Shown: piece by piece, positions 49,914 to 60,011 of the stretch
Layout: every line of letters starts with the position of its first letter
Position numbering within the stretch: position 1 is the stretch's first letter
Assembly: GCA_947499635.1 (NCBI GenBank)
Contig: CANMPD010000012.1
Span: 35,857-99,856 of the forward strand
Source: an uncultured Rhodobacteraceae bacterium
GTDB taxonomy: Bacteria > Pseudomonadota > Alphaproteobacteria > Rhodobacterales > Rhodobacteraceae
DNA: 64,000 bases
Reading direction: 5' to 3'
Notes under the pieces: generated by a model
What the model was told of the DNA's origin: nothing
What the model saw: only the letters and a program-made list of their open reading frames with translations
Database searches by the model: none
Translations under genes and position numbers: made by a program

Positions 49914-50570
49914 AGGCCTCTAACAGTGGGCATATTTAGCGTCGTTTGTTCCCAGATAAGACCAGCGCAGAGCAATTGCAATCAACACCCTCATTTGCGC
50001 ACCTTGCAAAAGGATAAATCTTGAGCAGAACATAGACAAATACCGCACGGACACAAACCTGCGTCAGCACAATTGTCCCGGCATTTCTTGTACGAATATC
50101 TACCTTCTCTCTGGCATTTGCAGTATCGCCATCCTTGCGAGAGGGATAAAAACCGCTCGAGGTAGTTGCGAAAACTGAAATTTACATCGTTTATCGGTGA
50201 TCGCATCGAAACCTTGCAGCAACGCATATTCGTTCCTGACCAGTTGTGATAATCACTGGTTGATTCTGTCTGCGCCTGAGGGTTCTTGCTGCAACACAAC
50301 AATGAAACGATATTCTACAGAGAGTGTATTTTCTTTCATGCGAAATGTAGGCACATCTACACAGCAAGATTACATCCCGTTACAATGAGGTTATCACCGC
50401 CGCATCTGCCCGAACCAATCACCAACAGCCACGCCGAGACAACGCCATACAGCTGGCTTTAAACCGCGTGCAAGAACAACACAGCGGCCACGGTTAGGCC
50501 CCAATTCCCCCCTATAGGATATGCAGTTGTATTACAAAAAAGCGTTTTATATCTGGATAGAAGGTATGAC

Positions 50571-51332
50571 ATGGTTGGGATAATCCATCGTCTTTTAACG
50601 GCTTTATCCCAGCGGGACTGGCAAAATTACGTCGAACAAGCCGACACGAGCCCCATGTCACTGTTGCGCAAGCGGCGGGAGGATGCGCGCAAATTGCGAC
50701 ATACTTTGAATTTGGTCATTCATACGGCGAACCAACGTCTGGCTTTGCCGCGTATCGGATCGACTTTCTTTCCACGGCCTCTTGGCACTGATTGGTCGTG
50801 GCGACCTGCACTCTGGCGCGGTCCGCTTTCAACAAGAGGCCTGTCTGGCGCAACAAGCAAGGCGTTTCTGGGGAATGAGATTCAGCTGTTTCACGACTGT
50901 CCCCTGCGAGAAATCTCGCTACGACAACTGCGCAATACTCGCGAGGAAGATCTTGCTCCGTTTGCTCTGCGTCTGGAGGTGTTCAAGTTTCAGGGCAGCT
51001 TTATGTCTATTGCCATCAATCTCCCCCATGACGCCTTAGAGGGTCTTAACAAGCAGCATGTTATACAGTTGGACGGTATAATCGTGAGTGAGGCGCCGTT
51101 TAAGATATTTGCCCGCCTGAACATTAAAAATGGCCCGAACACCGAACAAATCACACAAGAGCTGCATGTCTCAAAAAATCAGACAAGTGTTGCATTTGAT
51201 CTAGCCGACACTGATATCAACGAAAAACGTCTCGAGAATGCGTGGCTTGATTTTATCTTTGAAGCCCCAGAAATGAATCAAATCGTCATCCGTGACCTTA
51301 CTTTTGCACGCTATTTGCGTGCAAATATCTAA
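50571..51332 (+). CDS. hypothetical protein (conserved-looking, no recognisable catalytic motif)
   Basis: 253-aa ORF with GAAGG RBS. I could not assign a domain from sequence. Tightly followed by a second unknown ORF. Confidence 0.6.
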   Translation: MVGIIHRLLTALSQRDWQNYVEQADTSPMSLLRKRREDARKLRHTLNLVIHTANQRLALPRIGSTFFPRPLGTDWSWRPALWRGPLSTRGLSGATSKAFLGNEIQLFHDCPLREISLRQLRNTREEDLAPFALRLEVFKFQGSFMSIAINLPHDALEGLNKQHVIQLDGIIVSEAPFKIFARLNIKNGPNTEQITQELHVSKNQTSVAFDLADTDINEKRLENAWLDFIFEAPEMNQIVIRDLTFARYLRANI

Positions 51333-51343
51333 GCGAGAGCCCT

Positions 51344-51712
51344 ATGAGTACTCTTTCACTGCAAAAAATCCGCTTCCAGAATGGCCAATGGGAAGGGATC
51401 ATCCACGGCGCTGCGGAAGGCCAACCGGATGTTCAAGTGCGTTTTCAGGATCACCCGTTAGAAACGCTTATCCTTGAGCAGATGGAAGATGACACACAAT
51501 GGAGTCTACATTTTGAAGTTCCACAATCAGCGCTGCAAGATGGGGTACACTGCTTTTTAATTCACGATATGACAGAGGATCTTACTCTTGGTCACTTCAA
51601 TCTCTTCATCGATGAGCCAATTGCAGATGATTTGCGCACCGAAATTGAACTGCTGCGCGCAGAGCTAGATATGCTCAAACAGATGTTTCGGCGCCATTGC
51701 CGTGAAAGCTGA
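51344..51712 (+). CDS. hypothetical protein with C-terminal coiled-coil segment
   Basis: 122-aa ORF 11 nt after the previous stop, ending in the heptad-like segment LRTEIELLRAELDMLKQMF. Confidence 0.5.
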   Translation: MSTLSLQKIRFQNGQWEGIIHGAAEGQPDVQVRFQDHPLETLILEQMEDDTQWSLHFEVPQSALQDGVHCFLIHDMTEDLTLGHFNLFIDEPIADDLRTEIELLRAELDMLKQMFRRHCRES

Positions 51713-52195
51713 TCAAACCGAGCGGCGGTACTGCAGCTCAATCTCAACCAAACGCTGTTTACGCCAAAGCCCGCCCCCATACCCGGTCAATGACCCGTCC
51801 GCACCAATCACACGGTGGCATGGGATCATCAGTGCAATTTGATTAGACCCATTCGCGCGCGCCACAGCGCGGGCCCCGGTTGGTTTGCCCAAATCACACG
51901 CCAGCTGCCCATAACTTTTGGTTTGCCCTGCGGGAATATCCTGTAACGCTTGCCACACCTGCACCTGAAATGCAGTACCATGGAGGGCAAGTGGCGTTTC
52001 AAAACAATCACGTGTACCCGCGAAAAACTGTGCCAGTTCTTGTTCGGCTTGGTCAATGATCTTTGTTCGCCCAAATCCAATGCCGCCGGGTTGCGATTTA
52101 TGCAGTTTTGACACTTCGGTCGATAGGGCCTTGCGATCCGCGAATTCTAATAAATGCAACCTGTGCTGACATCCAATCGCAACCATCGCGCCCAA
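51713..52195 (-). CDS. ogt: methylated-DNA-protein-cysteine methyltransferase (Ada C-terminal / Ogt part)
   Basis: PCHRVIG active site. In-frame with the upstream adaA ORF, separated only by TGA plus 4 codons. Only TTG 52195 or ATG 52186 is available as a start. Confidence 0.8.
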   Translation of the reverse strand: MGAMVAIGCQHRLHLLEFADRKALSTEVSKLHKSQPGGIGFGRTKIIDQAEQELAQFFAGTRDCFETPLALHGTAFQVQVWQALQDIPAGQTKSYGQLACDLGKPTGARAVARANGSNQIALMIPCHRVIGADGSLTGYGGGLWRKQRLVEIELQYRRSV

Positions 52196-52207
52196 AGGCG
52201 TATCAAT

Positions 52208-52771
52208 TCAATCCGCCAACAATTCTGCATCTTTACGAAAGTGCCCCGGTGCCATTCCAACCAATTTGGCAAAAGCATCGCGAAACGCGGCAGGACTTTC
52301 AAAACCTGCTTCAATCTGCGCTGCAATAACCAGCTCACCCGCAGTTAGGATCGTAAACCCTTCACGCAAGCGACGTTGACGGGCCATATCAAGAAATGTC
52401 ATTCCAAACCGGCGTTTAAAACTACGCCGCACAGTCGAGGGGTCATACCCCATTTGACCAAGATCCCCTTCCGACCATCGATACTGTGGTCGCGCCTCTA
52501 GCGCTGTTAAAAGCGCCTGAACCATGGGATCATTTCCCGCTGCCGCATTCAGCGGAGTACAACGTTTACAGGCGCGAAAACCTGCCTCAATACATTCGCC
52601 GGGCGTGGCAAAAAACGTGCAGTTTTCGTATTTTGGCTTACGGGCAGGACATGTCAGGCGACAAAAAATACCCGTCGAGGACACACAGACATAGGCACGT
52701 CCATCATAGCTGTCGTCGCGCTCGAGCAGAGCCGTGTAAAGGGTCGGGGAATCAGGCAAATCAAACATCAT
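52208..52771 (-). CDS. ada: Ada N-terminal part: methylphosphotriester-repair Zn domain plus AraC-type HTH
   Basis: GIFCRLTCPARKP...FRACKRC Cys4 site, then an AraC HTH. Ends at a TGA that is in-frame with the Ogt domain. Confidence 0.8.
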   Translation of the reverse strand: MMFDLPDSPTLYTALLERDDSYDGRAYVCVSSTGIFCRLTCPARKPKYENCTFFATPGECIEAGFRACKRCTPLNAAAGNDPMVQALLTALEARPQYRWSEGDLGQMGYDPSTVRRSFKRRFGMTFLDMARQRRLREGFTILTAGELVIAAQIEAGFESPAAFRDAFAKLVGMAPGHFRKDAELLAD

Positions 52772-52844
52772 TATCTATTGTAACCTAGCCACAGGGTATG
52801 AACCGCCGAAAATCAGGCGTTGATTTCATACGCCATAAAAAACG

Positions 52845-52882
52845 CCCTCCGAAATTCGAAAGGCGTTTTTCTAATAATATTG
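52845..52882. terminator. terminator after ctpA (bidirectional geometry)
   Basis: AAAAAACGCCCTCCGAA-at-TTCGAAAGGCGTTTTT. The minus-strand reading ends in UUUUUUAU, 9 nt after the ctpA stop. Confidence 0.65.
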
Positions 52883-52890
52883 TTTAGCGC

Positions 52891-54225
52891 TTATTCCTTA
52901 GGACCCAACGCATTGAGACCTTTCAGAATATCGATAGCATAGGCGAGCTGATAATCTTCGAGGCGCAATTCCGCAGCTTTTTCAGTCTTTTCACGATCTG
53001 CCTCGATTTGACGAATTTCGTCTTCGGACAGGCTGTCATTGTTCAAGCTGCCACGCAGATCGGCCTCAGAACGTTGACGAATTGCTGTACTTACTTCGTC
53101 TTCTTCTGCTTCGGGCACACGTCGCGGCTGTTCGACCACGATGTCGGGACTCACGCCCAGCGCCTGAATAGACCGCCCTGATGGAGTATAATAACGCGCG
53201 GTTGTCAGACGCATTGCACCATCACTGCGCAGTGGCATTACTGTTTGGACTGACCCTTTCCCAAAGGATTTTGTCCCCACAACAATTGCACGACGATGAT
53301 CTTGCAACGCCCCGGCCACGATCTCGGATGCAGATGCAGAGCCGCCGTTGATCAAAACGACGATCGGTTTACCATCAATCAAGTCACCTGCTGTCGCGTT
53401 AAAGCGCTCGCCGTCCTCTGGGTTACGGCCCCGAGTGGACACGATTTCTCCGCTTTCCAAGAAGCTATCAGACACACGAATTGCCTGTGTTAACAAACCA
53501 CCAGGGTTGTTGCGCAGGTCGAGGACAACACCATTGACGTTCTCCATGCCACCCAGTGACTCAACCTGTTCGATAAGGCTGCTTTCCAAATTGGGGGTCG
53601 TTTGATCATTAAATGTGGTGACACGTAGTACAACCGTATCGCCTTCGGTACGGGCACGTACAGCTGTCAACTTGATCGTATCGCGCACGATTGTCACGTC
53701 AAAGGGCTCATCTTCACCTTCGCGCACAATCGTGATCAAGATCTCGGACCCAACTGGGCCACGCATCAAATCAACCGCCAAATCCAACGACAATCCCAGA
53801 ACACTTTCGCCATCGACATGCGTGATAAAATCACCCGCTTCGATGCCGGCCTGATCTGCAGGTGTTCCGTCAATAGGGGAGACAACTTTGACAAAGCCCT
53901 CTTCCTGGGTGACTTCGATACCTAGGCCCCCGAATTCACCCCGTGTCTGAACCCGCATATTGGCGGCGTCATCTGGCGATAAATAAGACGAATGCGGATC
54001 AAGCGACTGCAACATGCCACCAATCGCGGCTTCGATCAGATCTTTCTCATCAACTTCTTCAACATATTGTGCGCGAATACGCTCAAAAATATCTCCAAAC
54101 AGATCAAGCTGTTCGTAAACGTTGGTCTCGCGTGCATCTTGTGCAAACAACGGGGCCGCTACGTAGGTTGTAGCCAAAAACCCGGCGAGGGTACCGCCCA
54201 GAGCGGCCATCGCAAATTTATTCAT
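52891..54225 (-). CDS. ctpA: S41-family carboxy-terminal processing protease
   Basis: PDZ plus S41 core (...GGSASASEIVAGALQD...GTKSFGKGSVQ). Start set at ATG 54225; the ORF extends to a GTG at 54240. Confidence 0.9.
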   Translation of the reverse strand: MNKFAMAALGGTLAGFLATTYVAAPLFAQDARETNVYEQLDLFGDIFERIRAQYVEEVDEKDLIEAAIGGMLQSLDPHSSYLSPDDAANMRVQTRGEFGGLGIEVTQEEGFVKVVSPIDGTPADQAGIEAGDFITHVDGESVLGLSLDLAVDLMRGPVGSEILITIVREGEDEPFDVTIVRDTIKLTAVRARTEGDTVVLRVTTFNDQTTPNLESSLIEQVESLGGMENVNGVVLDLRNNPGGLLTQAIRVSDSFLESGEIVSTRGRNPEDGERFNATAGDLIDGKPIVVLINGGSASASEIVAGALQDHRRAIVVGTKSFGKGSVQTVMPLRSDGAMRLTTARYYTPSGRSIQALGVSPDIVVEQPRRVPEAEEDEVSTAIRQRSEADLRGSLNNDSLSEDEIRQIEADREKTEKAAELRLEDYQLAYAIDILKGLNALGPKE

Positions 54226-54232
54226 GTAATGC

Positions 54233-55387
54233 CTATCCACCTTGTCCGATGCGAAACCATGTTTCGGGGTCCACCGGACTGTTTTCCATCCTAGTTTCTA
54301 TATAGAGCGTTTCTGAACGATCAGTTCCAGCCCCTTCACTACTAAGTGACAAAATAGCACCCGCTTCTGGCGCTTGCCCGCCCATTAGCCCGATCGGTGT
54401 GCCCTCAGGTATCACCTGACCAGCGTCACCGTACACTTCAGCCAAACCAGACAATATAAAGAGCGTGTCCGGTTGTGGTTCCAGAATCATGACGTTTCCC
54501 AAATCCAGTAACGGGCCGCGATAGCGAATCGTTGCGGCGGTTGGGCTGGTCACTAAGGCACGCGGGCGTGTTGCAATCAAAATGCCTGGCCTAACGACGC
54601 CAGCCGCATCGCGTTGGCCATATCCACGTAGCTTCAATCCCGACACAGGCATTTCCAAAGAACCGCGCAGCTCAGAAATATCCACGTCCTGTGGCGCCAA
54701 CCCATCACTTTCAGCAATCTGTGCTAAACCATCCGCAAAACTTGTCAGCGTTTCAGAAGAGGCAACAAGAATAGCCGTTTGAATTGGATCTTCCACATAT
54801 CGTTGCGGCAAATCCTGCCGGTCGGCAATGGCCGTAGACAGGGCTGTGCGGGCCTCTTGGACGCCCTGTAACCCATCTTCCAATTGTGTGGCCGCATTTT
54901 GTTGCAAAACCCGCAAGTTTTGAACCTCTTGCAAGTCAGATTTCAGTGCATCTACACGGGCTTGCAACCCCGGTGTCACTTCGGCCAGCATCATTGCAGA
55001 CCGCGCTGCACCAAGCGGACCAGAGGGATGCAGCATCAAAACCGGCGGGGTCGAGGTTTCGATCGTGGTGATCACCCCTAGCAAATCCGCCACTTCGCCT
55101 TCACGTGCGGCCAGCTGTGTTGAGAGCTGCGTTTCCCGCCGCGCCACGCGCCGCAACCCATCACGCATGGATTGCAGCCCGGCCTCATAGGCCCGCACCG
55201 TTTCCGTCAGAGCCTTGACACGATCACTTGCAGTTTGCGCGGATGAGAGTTGCGCCGAGGCGGCCTCCAGTCGTTCGACCGCATCCTGAGCGTTCTGTAC
55301 AAGCGTATCCTGTGCGCGAACACTGCCAATATTATTGAACGTAAGCAGTATAGCCAAAGCGACGCCAAGTGAACGAGCAGTCAACAT
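54233..55387 (-). CDS. EnvC-like murein hydrolase activator (coiled coil plus degenerate M23/LytM domain)
   Basis: Signal peptide, long coiled coil, C-terminal LytM-like fold lacking obvious HxxxD/HxH metal ligands. Conserved gpmI-envC-ctpA order. Confidence 0.8.
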   Translation of the reverse strand: MLTARSLGVALAILLTFNNIGSVRAQDTLVQNAQDAVERLEAASAQLSSAQTASDRVKALTETVRAYEAGLQSMRDGLRRVARRETQLSTQLAAREGEVADLLGVITTIETSTPPVLMLHPSGPLGAARSAMMLAEVTPGLQARVDALKSDLQEVQNLRVLQQNAATQLEDGLQGVQEARTALSTAIADRQDLPQRYVEDPIQTAILVASSETLTSFADGLAQIAESDGLAPQDVDISELRGSLEMPVSGLKLRGYGQRDAAGVVRPGILIATRPRALVTSPTAATIRYRGPLLDLGNVMILEPQPDTLFILSGLAEVYGDAGQVIPEGTPIGLMGGQAPEAGAILSLSSEGAGTDRSETLYIETRMENSPVDPETWFRIGQGG

Positions 55388-55393
55388 CGCGTT

Positions 55394-56923
55394 TTAGGCC
55401 CCGCGCACAAGCAAACTGGTTCCGGTCATCTCTTCCGGTTGCTCTAACCCCATTAAATCCAGCAACGTCGGCGCAAGATCCGCAAGCCGTCCGTGATTCA
55501 GCTGCACCCCCTGAGGGCCACCGACCAAAGCAACGGGAACCAAATTGGTGGTATGTGCCGTATGTGCCCCGCCTGTTTGTGGGTCCATCATCATTTCGCA
55601 ATTCCCGTGGTCCGCAGTGACAATCATTGTCCCCCCTGCGGCCTCAAGCGCTGTTACCACCTGTGCTAACCCCTGATCCACAGCTTCGCAGGCTGCCATT
55701 GCGGCCTGTAAATCGCCTGTATGTCCGACCATATCAGGATTGGCGTAGTTGGTGACGATCAGATCATACCCTGCCTCAATCGCTTCGACGAATTTCGCCG
55801 TCACTTCGGGGGCAGACATTTCCGGTTGCAGATCATAGGTCGCAACCTTGGGCGATTGCGGCATATAGCGATCTTCGCCCTCTTCTGGGGTTTCTTTACC
55901 ACCGTTCAAAAAGAACGTTACATGGGGGTATTTCTCGGTCTCGGCCAAGCGGAATTGCCGCTTGCCGTGTTTGGCAACCCATTCACCCAAAGTGTTCACA
56001 AGCGCACGCTTGGGGTAAGCCGTGGTCATATAGCTGTTGTGATCTGCCGAATATTCTACCATCCCCAATAAGGCAGCAAGAGACGGGCGCGGACCGGTTT
56101 CAAATTCAGAGAACTCAGGCTCGCCAATGGCACGTAGAATTTCACGGGCACGGTCTGCGCGAAAGTTCAAACAAAAGACACCATCGCCATCCTGCACACC
56201 ACCAAAACCATCAATCACAGTGGCCTCGACAAATTCATCCAGTGCGTCGCGCTCATAGCTGGCCTCAACCGCCGCTGTTGCAGATGATGCGACCTGCTGT
56301 CCTTTTCCATTTACCATCGCATCATAGGCTTGAGACACACGCCCCCAACGGTTGTCTCGATCCAATGCGAAATAGCGACCGGTGACGGTTGCGATTTTTG
56401 CACCCTCAGCCATTCCTGCCTCAAGTTGGCTCAGATATTTTAGCGCAGACTTGGGAGCGACATCACGACCATCTGTCACAGCGTGCAACCAAACAGGCAC
56501 CCCCGCGTCGCGAATGGCCTTTATCGCTGCTAAAATATGCGTGACATGTCCGTGCACGCCACCATCGGACACCAATCCCAGTAGATGTGCCGCCCCGCCT
56601 GTTTTTTTCAATTTGGCGATGAAATCCTGCAGACTCGCATTTTCAAAGAACGACCCATCTTCGATTGCAAGATCGATTTGACCAAGGTCCATTGCAACAA
56701 CACGTCCGGCCCCAATATTGGTGTGACCCACCTCGGAATTTCCCATTTGCCCGCTGGGTAAACCCACATCTGGGCCGTGTGTGATTAACCGGGCCTGCGG
56801 GCCTGTTGCCATGATTTTGTCAAAGGTTGGGGTTTTCGCAAGAGCCGGCGCATTCGCCTCGCTTGGCTCTGCGCTCCCCCAACCATCGAGGATACAAAGA
56901 ACGACAGGTTTCGGTATGGTCAT
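55394..56923 (-). CDS. gpmI: 2,3-bisphosphoglycerate-independent phosphoglycerate mutase
   Basis: 509 aa, VVLCILDGWG...GNSEVGHTNIGAGR...TADHGN. Confidence 0.95.
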   Translation of the reverse strand: MTIPKPVVLCILDGWGSAEPSEANAPALAKTPTFDKIMATGPQARLITHGPDVGLPSGQMGNSEVGHTNIGAGRVVAMDLGQIDLAIEDGSFFENASLQDFIAKLKKTGGAAHLLGLVSDGGVHGHVTHILAAIKAIRDAGVPVWLHAVTDGRDVAPKSALKYLSQLEAGMAEGAKIATVTGRYFALDRDNRWGRVSQAYDAMVNGKGQQVASSATAAVEASYERDALDEFVEATVIDGFGGVQDGDGVFCLNFRADRAREILRAIGEPEFSEFETGPRPSLAALLGMVEYSADHNSYMTTAYPKRALVNTLGEWVAKHGKRQFRLAETEKYPHVTFFLNGGKETPEEGEDRYMPQSPKVATYDLQPEMSAPEVTAKFVEAIEAGYDLIVTNYANPDMVGHTGDLQAAMAACEAVDQGLAQVVTALEAAGGTMIVTADHGNCEMMMDPQTGGAHTAHTTNLVPVALVGGPQGVQLNHGRLADLAPTLLDLMGLEQPEEMTGTSLLVRGA

Positions 56924-57042
56924 ACGAGATACTCTCCGGCTCTGGTCTGTAGTGGGTCTTTGATTGGTCTTATAGTGTTGTCTTAAACGGTCACGGCCTT
57001 TGGCATAAATGGCTTATTACCTGCCCAAAAGATACAACGGTG

Positions 57043-57888
57043 TCATACAGGGATATTGTCGATTAATCGCACATCTTCAAGCCAGACAGCAATAAAGAGG
57101 CGTGCTGGTCTATCAGCGACAGGTAGCGAAACCAGTGTGTCTGCGCAACGCAGATCCAGATACTCGACGTCTCCAAAGCCTAAATCCGCCAATTCGTTCA
57201 ACGCTGCTGACTGCAATGGCGCATAGGCTTGCCCCGCACGCAGTTGCTGCGCCATCGCAGTCAAAATTCGGTAAATATGCGCAGCCGTGTCCAGCCCTTG
57301 TGGCGTCAGTTGAACATTGCGCGACGACATCGCCAATCCACCTGTCTCGCGGACGGTTTCACATCCGACAACTGTAATTGGGATATCCATATCCTGTGCC
57401 ATGCGACGCACAACCAGCAATTGCTGATAATCCTTTTCACCAAAAAAGGCGTGATCTGCCCCAGTTTGCAAAAAGAGCTTGGCGACAACAGTCGCAACCC
57501 CTTCAAAATGACCCGGACGAAAAGGTCCTTCCATCACATCAATAATCGCCCCAGCAACAGCAACCTCTGTGGCAAACCCCTCTGGGTAGATTTCGTCAGG
57601 GTCTGGCACATAAATCGCATCCACACCCAAAGGAGCAAGCTTTTGCGCGTCGTCCTCTTCCGTACGGGGGTAGTTCGCTAAATCAGCTGGATTATTGAAT
57701 TGCTTTGGATTCACGAAAATCGTGACGACAACACGGTCGCATGCGGCTTTCGCCGCTTTGACCAGTGACAAATGTCCCTGATGCAAGGCACCCATCGTTG
57801 GAACCAGACCTACGGTTTCTCCACGCATCGTCCACTCACGGCGCAAAGCGCGCATCTCACTCAGACGACGCAAAATTGGTGCGGTCAT
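57043..57888 (-). CDS. panC: pantoate-beta-alanine ligase
   Basis: 281 aa, VPTMGALHQGHLSLV... Confidence 0.95.
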   Translation of the reverse strand: MTAPILRRLSEMRALRREWTMRGETVGLVPTMGALHQGHLSLVKAAKAACDRVVVTIFVNPKQFNNPADLANYPRTEEDDAQKLAPLGVDAIYVPDPDEIYPEGFATEVAVAGAIIDVMEGPFRPGHFEGVATVVAKLFLQTGADHAFFGEKDYQQLLVVRRMAQDMDIPITVVGCETVRETGGLAMSSRNVQLTPQGLDTAAHIYRILTAMAQQLRAGQAYAPLQSAALNELADLGFGDVEYLDLRCADTLVSLPVADRPARLFIAVWLEDVRLIDNIPV

Positions 57889-57912
57889 TCGTTCAGCCTT
57901 TGTCGAATAAAT

Positions 57913-58743
57913 TTACGTTTTGCGCGGCGCGGAGGCTGCAAAAACATGCTCTGGCGCAGGAAATTCGCGCGCCCGGACCTCTGACGCGTATTGCGCCACG
58001 GCGGCCTCGGCATCGTTGCCTAAATTGGCGTAGCGTTTAACGAACTTTGGCTTGAACGCTGTGAAAAAGCCCAGCATGTCGTCAACAACCAAAACCTGAC
58101 CATCGCAATTCACCGAAGCGCCAATACCAATAGTTGGGATCGAAATTTGTTGCGTAATTTCATCCGCCAGCACGGAGGGTACTTTTTCCAGTACTACGCT
58201 AAATGCGCCAGCTTCCTCGATCGCTTGTGCATCTGCCAAAAGCCGCTGCGCTGCATCCCCTCGGCCTTGCACTTTGTACCCACCCAACGTGTTAACCGAT
58301 TGTGGAGTAAGGCCAATATGCGCCATGACAGGAATACCGCGTGAGATCAAAAAGCGGATGGTATCGGCCATTTCGACACCGCCCTCCAGTTTGACAGCAG
58401 CAGCGTTGGTTTCTGCCATCAAGCGCGCTGCGTTGCGAAAAGCCTGTGCGGGGCTCTCTTCGTACGAGCCAAATGGCATATCAATAACCATCATTGCCTG
58501 CCTCAGCCCACGGGACACAGCCTGACCATGCAGGATCATCATGTCCATAGTCACGCCAAGGGTCGACGTCAGTCCATGCAACACCATACCGACACTGTCA
58601 CCCACGAGAACAAAATCACAATGCGCGTCCATCATCTGCGCCATCGGTGTCGTATAAGCTGTCAGGCTCACAATCGGGCGTTGACCTTTTAGCGCGCGAA
58701 TATCATCGGCGTTTAAGGCCGTCTTGCGGGCAGTGGCGCTCAT
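57913..58743 (-). CDS. panB: 3-methyl-2-oxobutanoate hydroxymethyltransferase
   Basis: MSATARKT...LTAYT...[12 protein letters not shown]...KLEGG. ORF start trimmed to ATG 58743. Confidence 0.95.
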   Translation of the reverse strand: MSATARKTALNADDIRALKGQRPIVSLTAYTTPMAQMMDAHCDFVLVGDSVGMVLHGLTSTLGVTMDMMILHGQAVSRGLRQAMMVIDMPFGSYEESPAQAFRNAARLMAETNAAAVKLEGGVEMADTIRFLISRGIPVMAHIGLTPQSVNTLGGYKVQGRGDAAQRLLADAQAIEEAGAFSVVLEKVPSVLADEITQQISIPTIGIGASVNCDGQVLVVDDMLGFFTAFKPKFVKRYANLGNDAEAAVAQYASEVRAREFPAPEHVFAASAPRKT

Positions 58744-58981
58744 CACATTCTCCTCGGATCCCTGACAGTTCACTGACTGTCGCCGGTGCTGAGCCCGTAT
58801 ACTTTACTTACGGACAAAGTCGCGCGCTGTGTACCAACTCAGATCAAGAAACGCCACACCCTGAAATCAGCGATGCCTATAACCACAATGTGAATACACT
58901 TTTTTCCTGTTGCGATGACTCTATTTTTCCTCAATTATCTACAGAAATTGCGTTTAAACGCAGATTTTGGGAGGACTACTT

Positions 58982-59992
58982 ATGAAATCTACACTCAAAC
59001 TCGCCACGGTCGCGGGCCTGTCTCTTGCTTTTGCAACCGAAGCGATGGCAACCGAATGGAACGTGTCTCTTTGGGGGAAGCGCCGCGCCTTTACAGAAAA
59101 TGTTGAAAAGCTTGCCGAGTTGGTTTCCGAAAAAACCAATGGCGAATTCACCATGAACATTTCTTATGGTGGTCTGTCCAACAACCGCGAAAACCTTGAT
59201 GGCATTTCCATCGGTGCATTTGAAATGGCCCAGTTCTGCGCAGGCTACCACCGCGACAAGAACCCATCGATCACCGTGCTTGAGCTCCCATTCCTTGGCG
59301 TGTCCTCGCTGGAGCAAGAGATTGAACTGTCCATGGCCGTGTACCAGCACCCTGCCGTTGTCAAAGATCTGGGCCGCTGGAATGCAACTCTGCTGATGCC
59401 GTCCCCCCTGCCACAGTATAATATCGTCGGCACTGGTGATGTGCCTCACACAGTTGAAGACTTTGCAGGTATGACTGTTCGTGCCACTGGTGGCATCGGA
59501 AATGCCATGGAGACCGTCGGCGCTGTTCCAACGTCGATGTCTGCAACCGAAGTTCGTCAAGCGATGGATTCCGGCGTTATCAAAGCGGTCGCCTTTGCAC
59601 CTCATGCACATATGTCATTCGGCACCGTTGAAAATGCAAACTGGTGGACGACAAACCTAAACCCAGGCACTGTGAACTGCCCGGTTGTTGTCAATAATGA
59701 CGCGCTAGAATTCCTGACAGATGCAGAACGCGAAGCCCTGATGTCATCAGTAGATGAAGCACTGGCTTATTATGTTGACGAATATAACACGAAAACAATG
59801 TCAGCTTGGGGTCCGACTCTCGAAGAGCGCGGCATCACGCAGGTCACATTTAGCGACGAAGAACTGGCAGCCTTCAAAACGGCTGCCGCCGAACCTGCGG
59901 CTCAAGCTTGGATCGAAGCAAACACGGCACGTGGCCTGCCCGCTCAAGAACTATATGACATGGTCACGGGTATGATCGCTGACAGCAAATAA
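58982..59992 (+). CDS. TRAP transporter substrate-binding protein (DctP family)
   Basis: MKSTLKLATVAGLSLAFATEAMA signal peptide, GGGAGGA RBS, followed by the Q and M subunits. Confidence 0.85.
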   Translation: MKSTLKLATVAGLSLAFATEAMATEWNVSLWGKRRAFTENVEKLAELVSEKTNGEFTMNISYGGLSNNRENLDGISIGAFEMAQFCAGYHRDKNPSITVLELPFLGVSSLEQEIELSMAVYQHPAVVKDLGRWNATLLMPSPLPQYNIVGTGDVPHTVEDFAGMTVRATGGIGNAMETVGAVPTSMSATEVRQAMDSGVIKAVAFAPHAHMSFGTVENANWWTTNLNPGTVNCPVVVNNDALEFLTDAEREALMSSVDEALAYYVDEYNTKTMSAWGPTLEERGITQVTFSDEELAAFKTAAAEPAAQAWIEANTARGLPAQELYDMVTGMIADSK

Positions 59993-60011
59993 CCTATAAA
60001 CGTAACTCATC

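Noticed and set aside
52208-52210. The in-frame TGA in ada as a selenocysteine codon.
   Set aside because: The position is a domain linker, not a redox-active site. I see no obvious SECIS-like hairpin immediately downstream, and Ada/Ogt proteins are not known selenoproteins. A nonsense mutation, gene split or read-through is more parsimonious.
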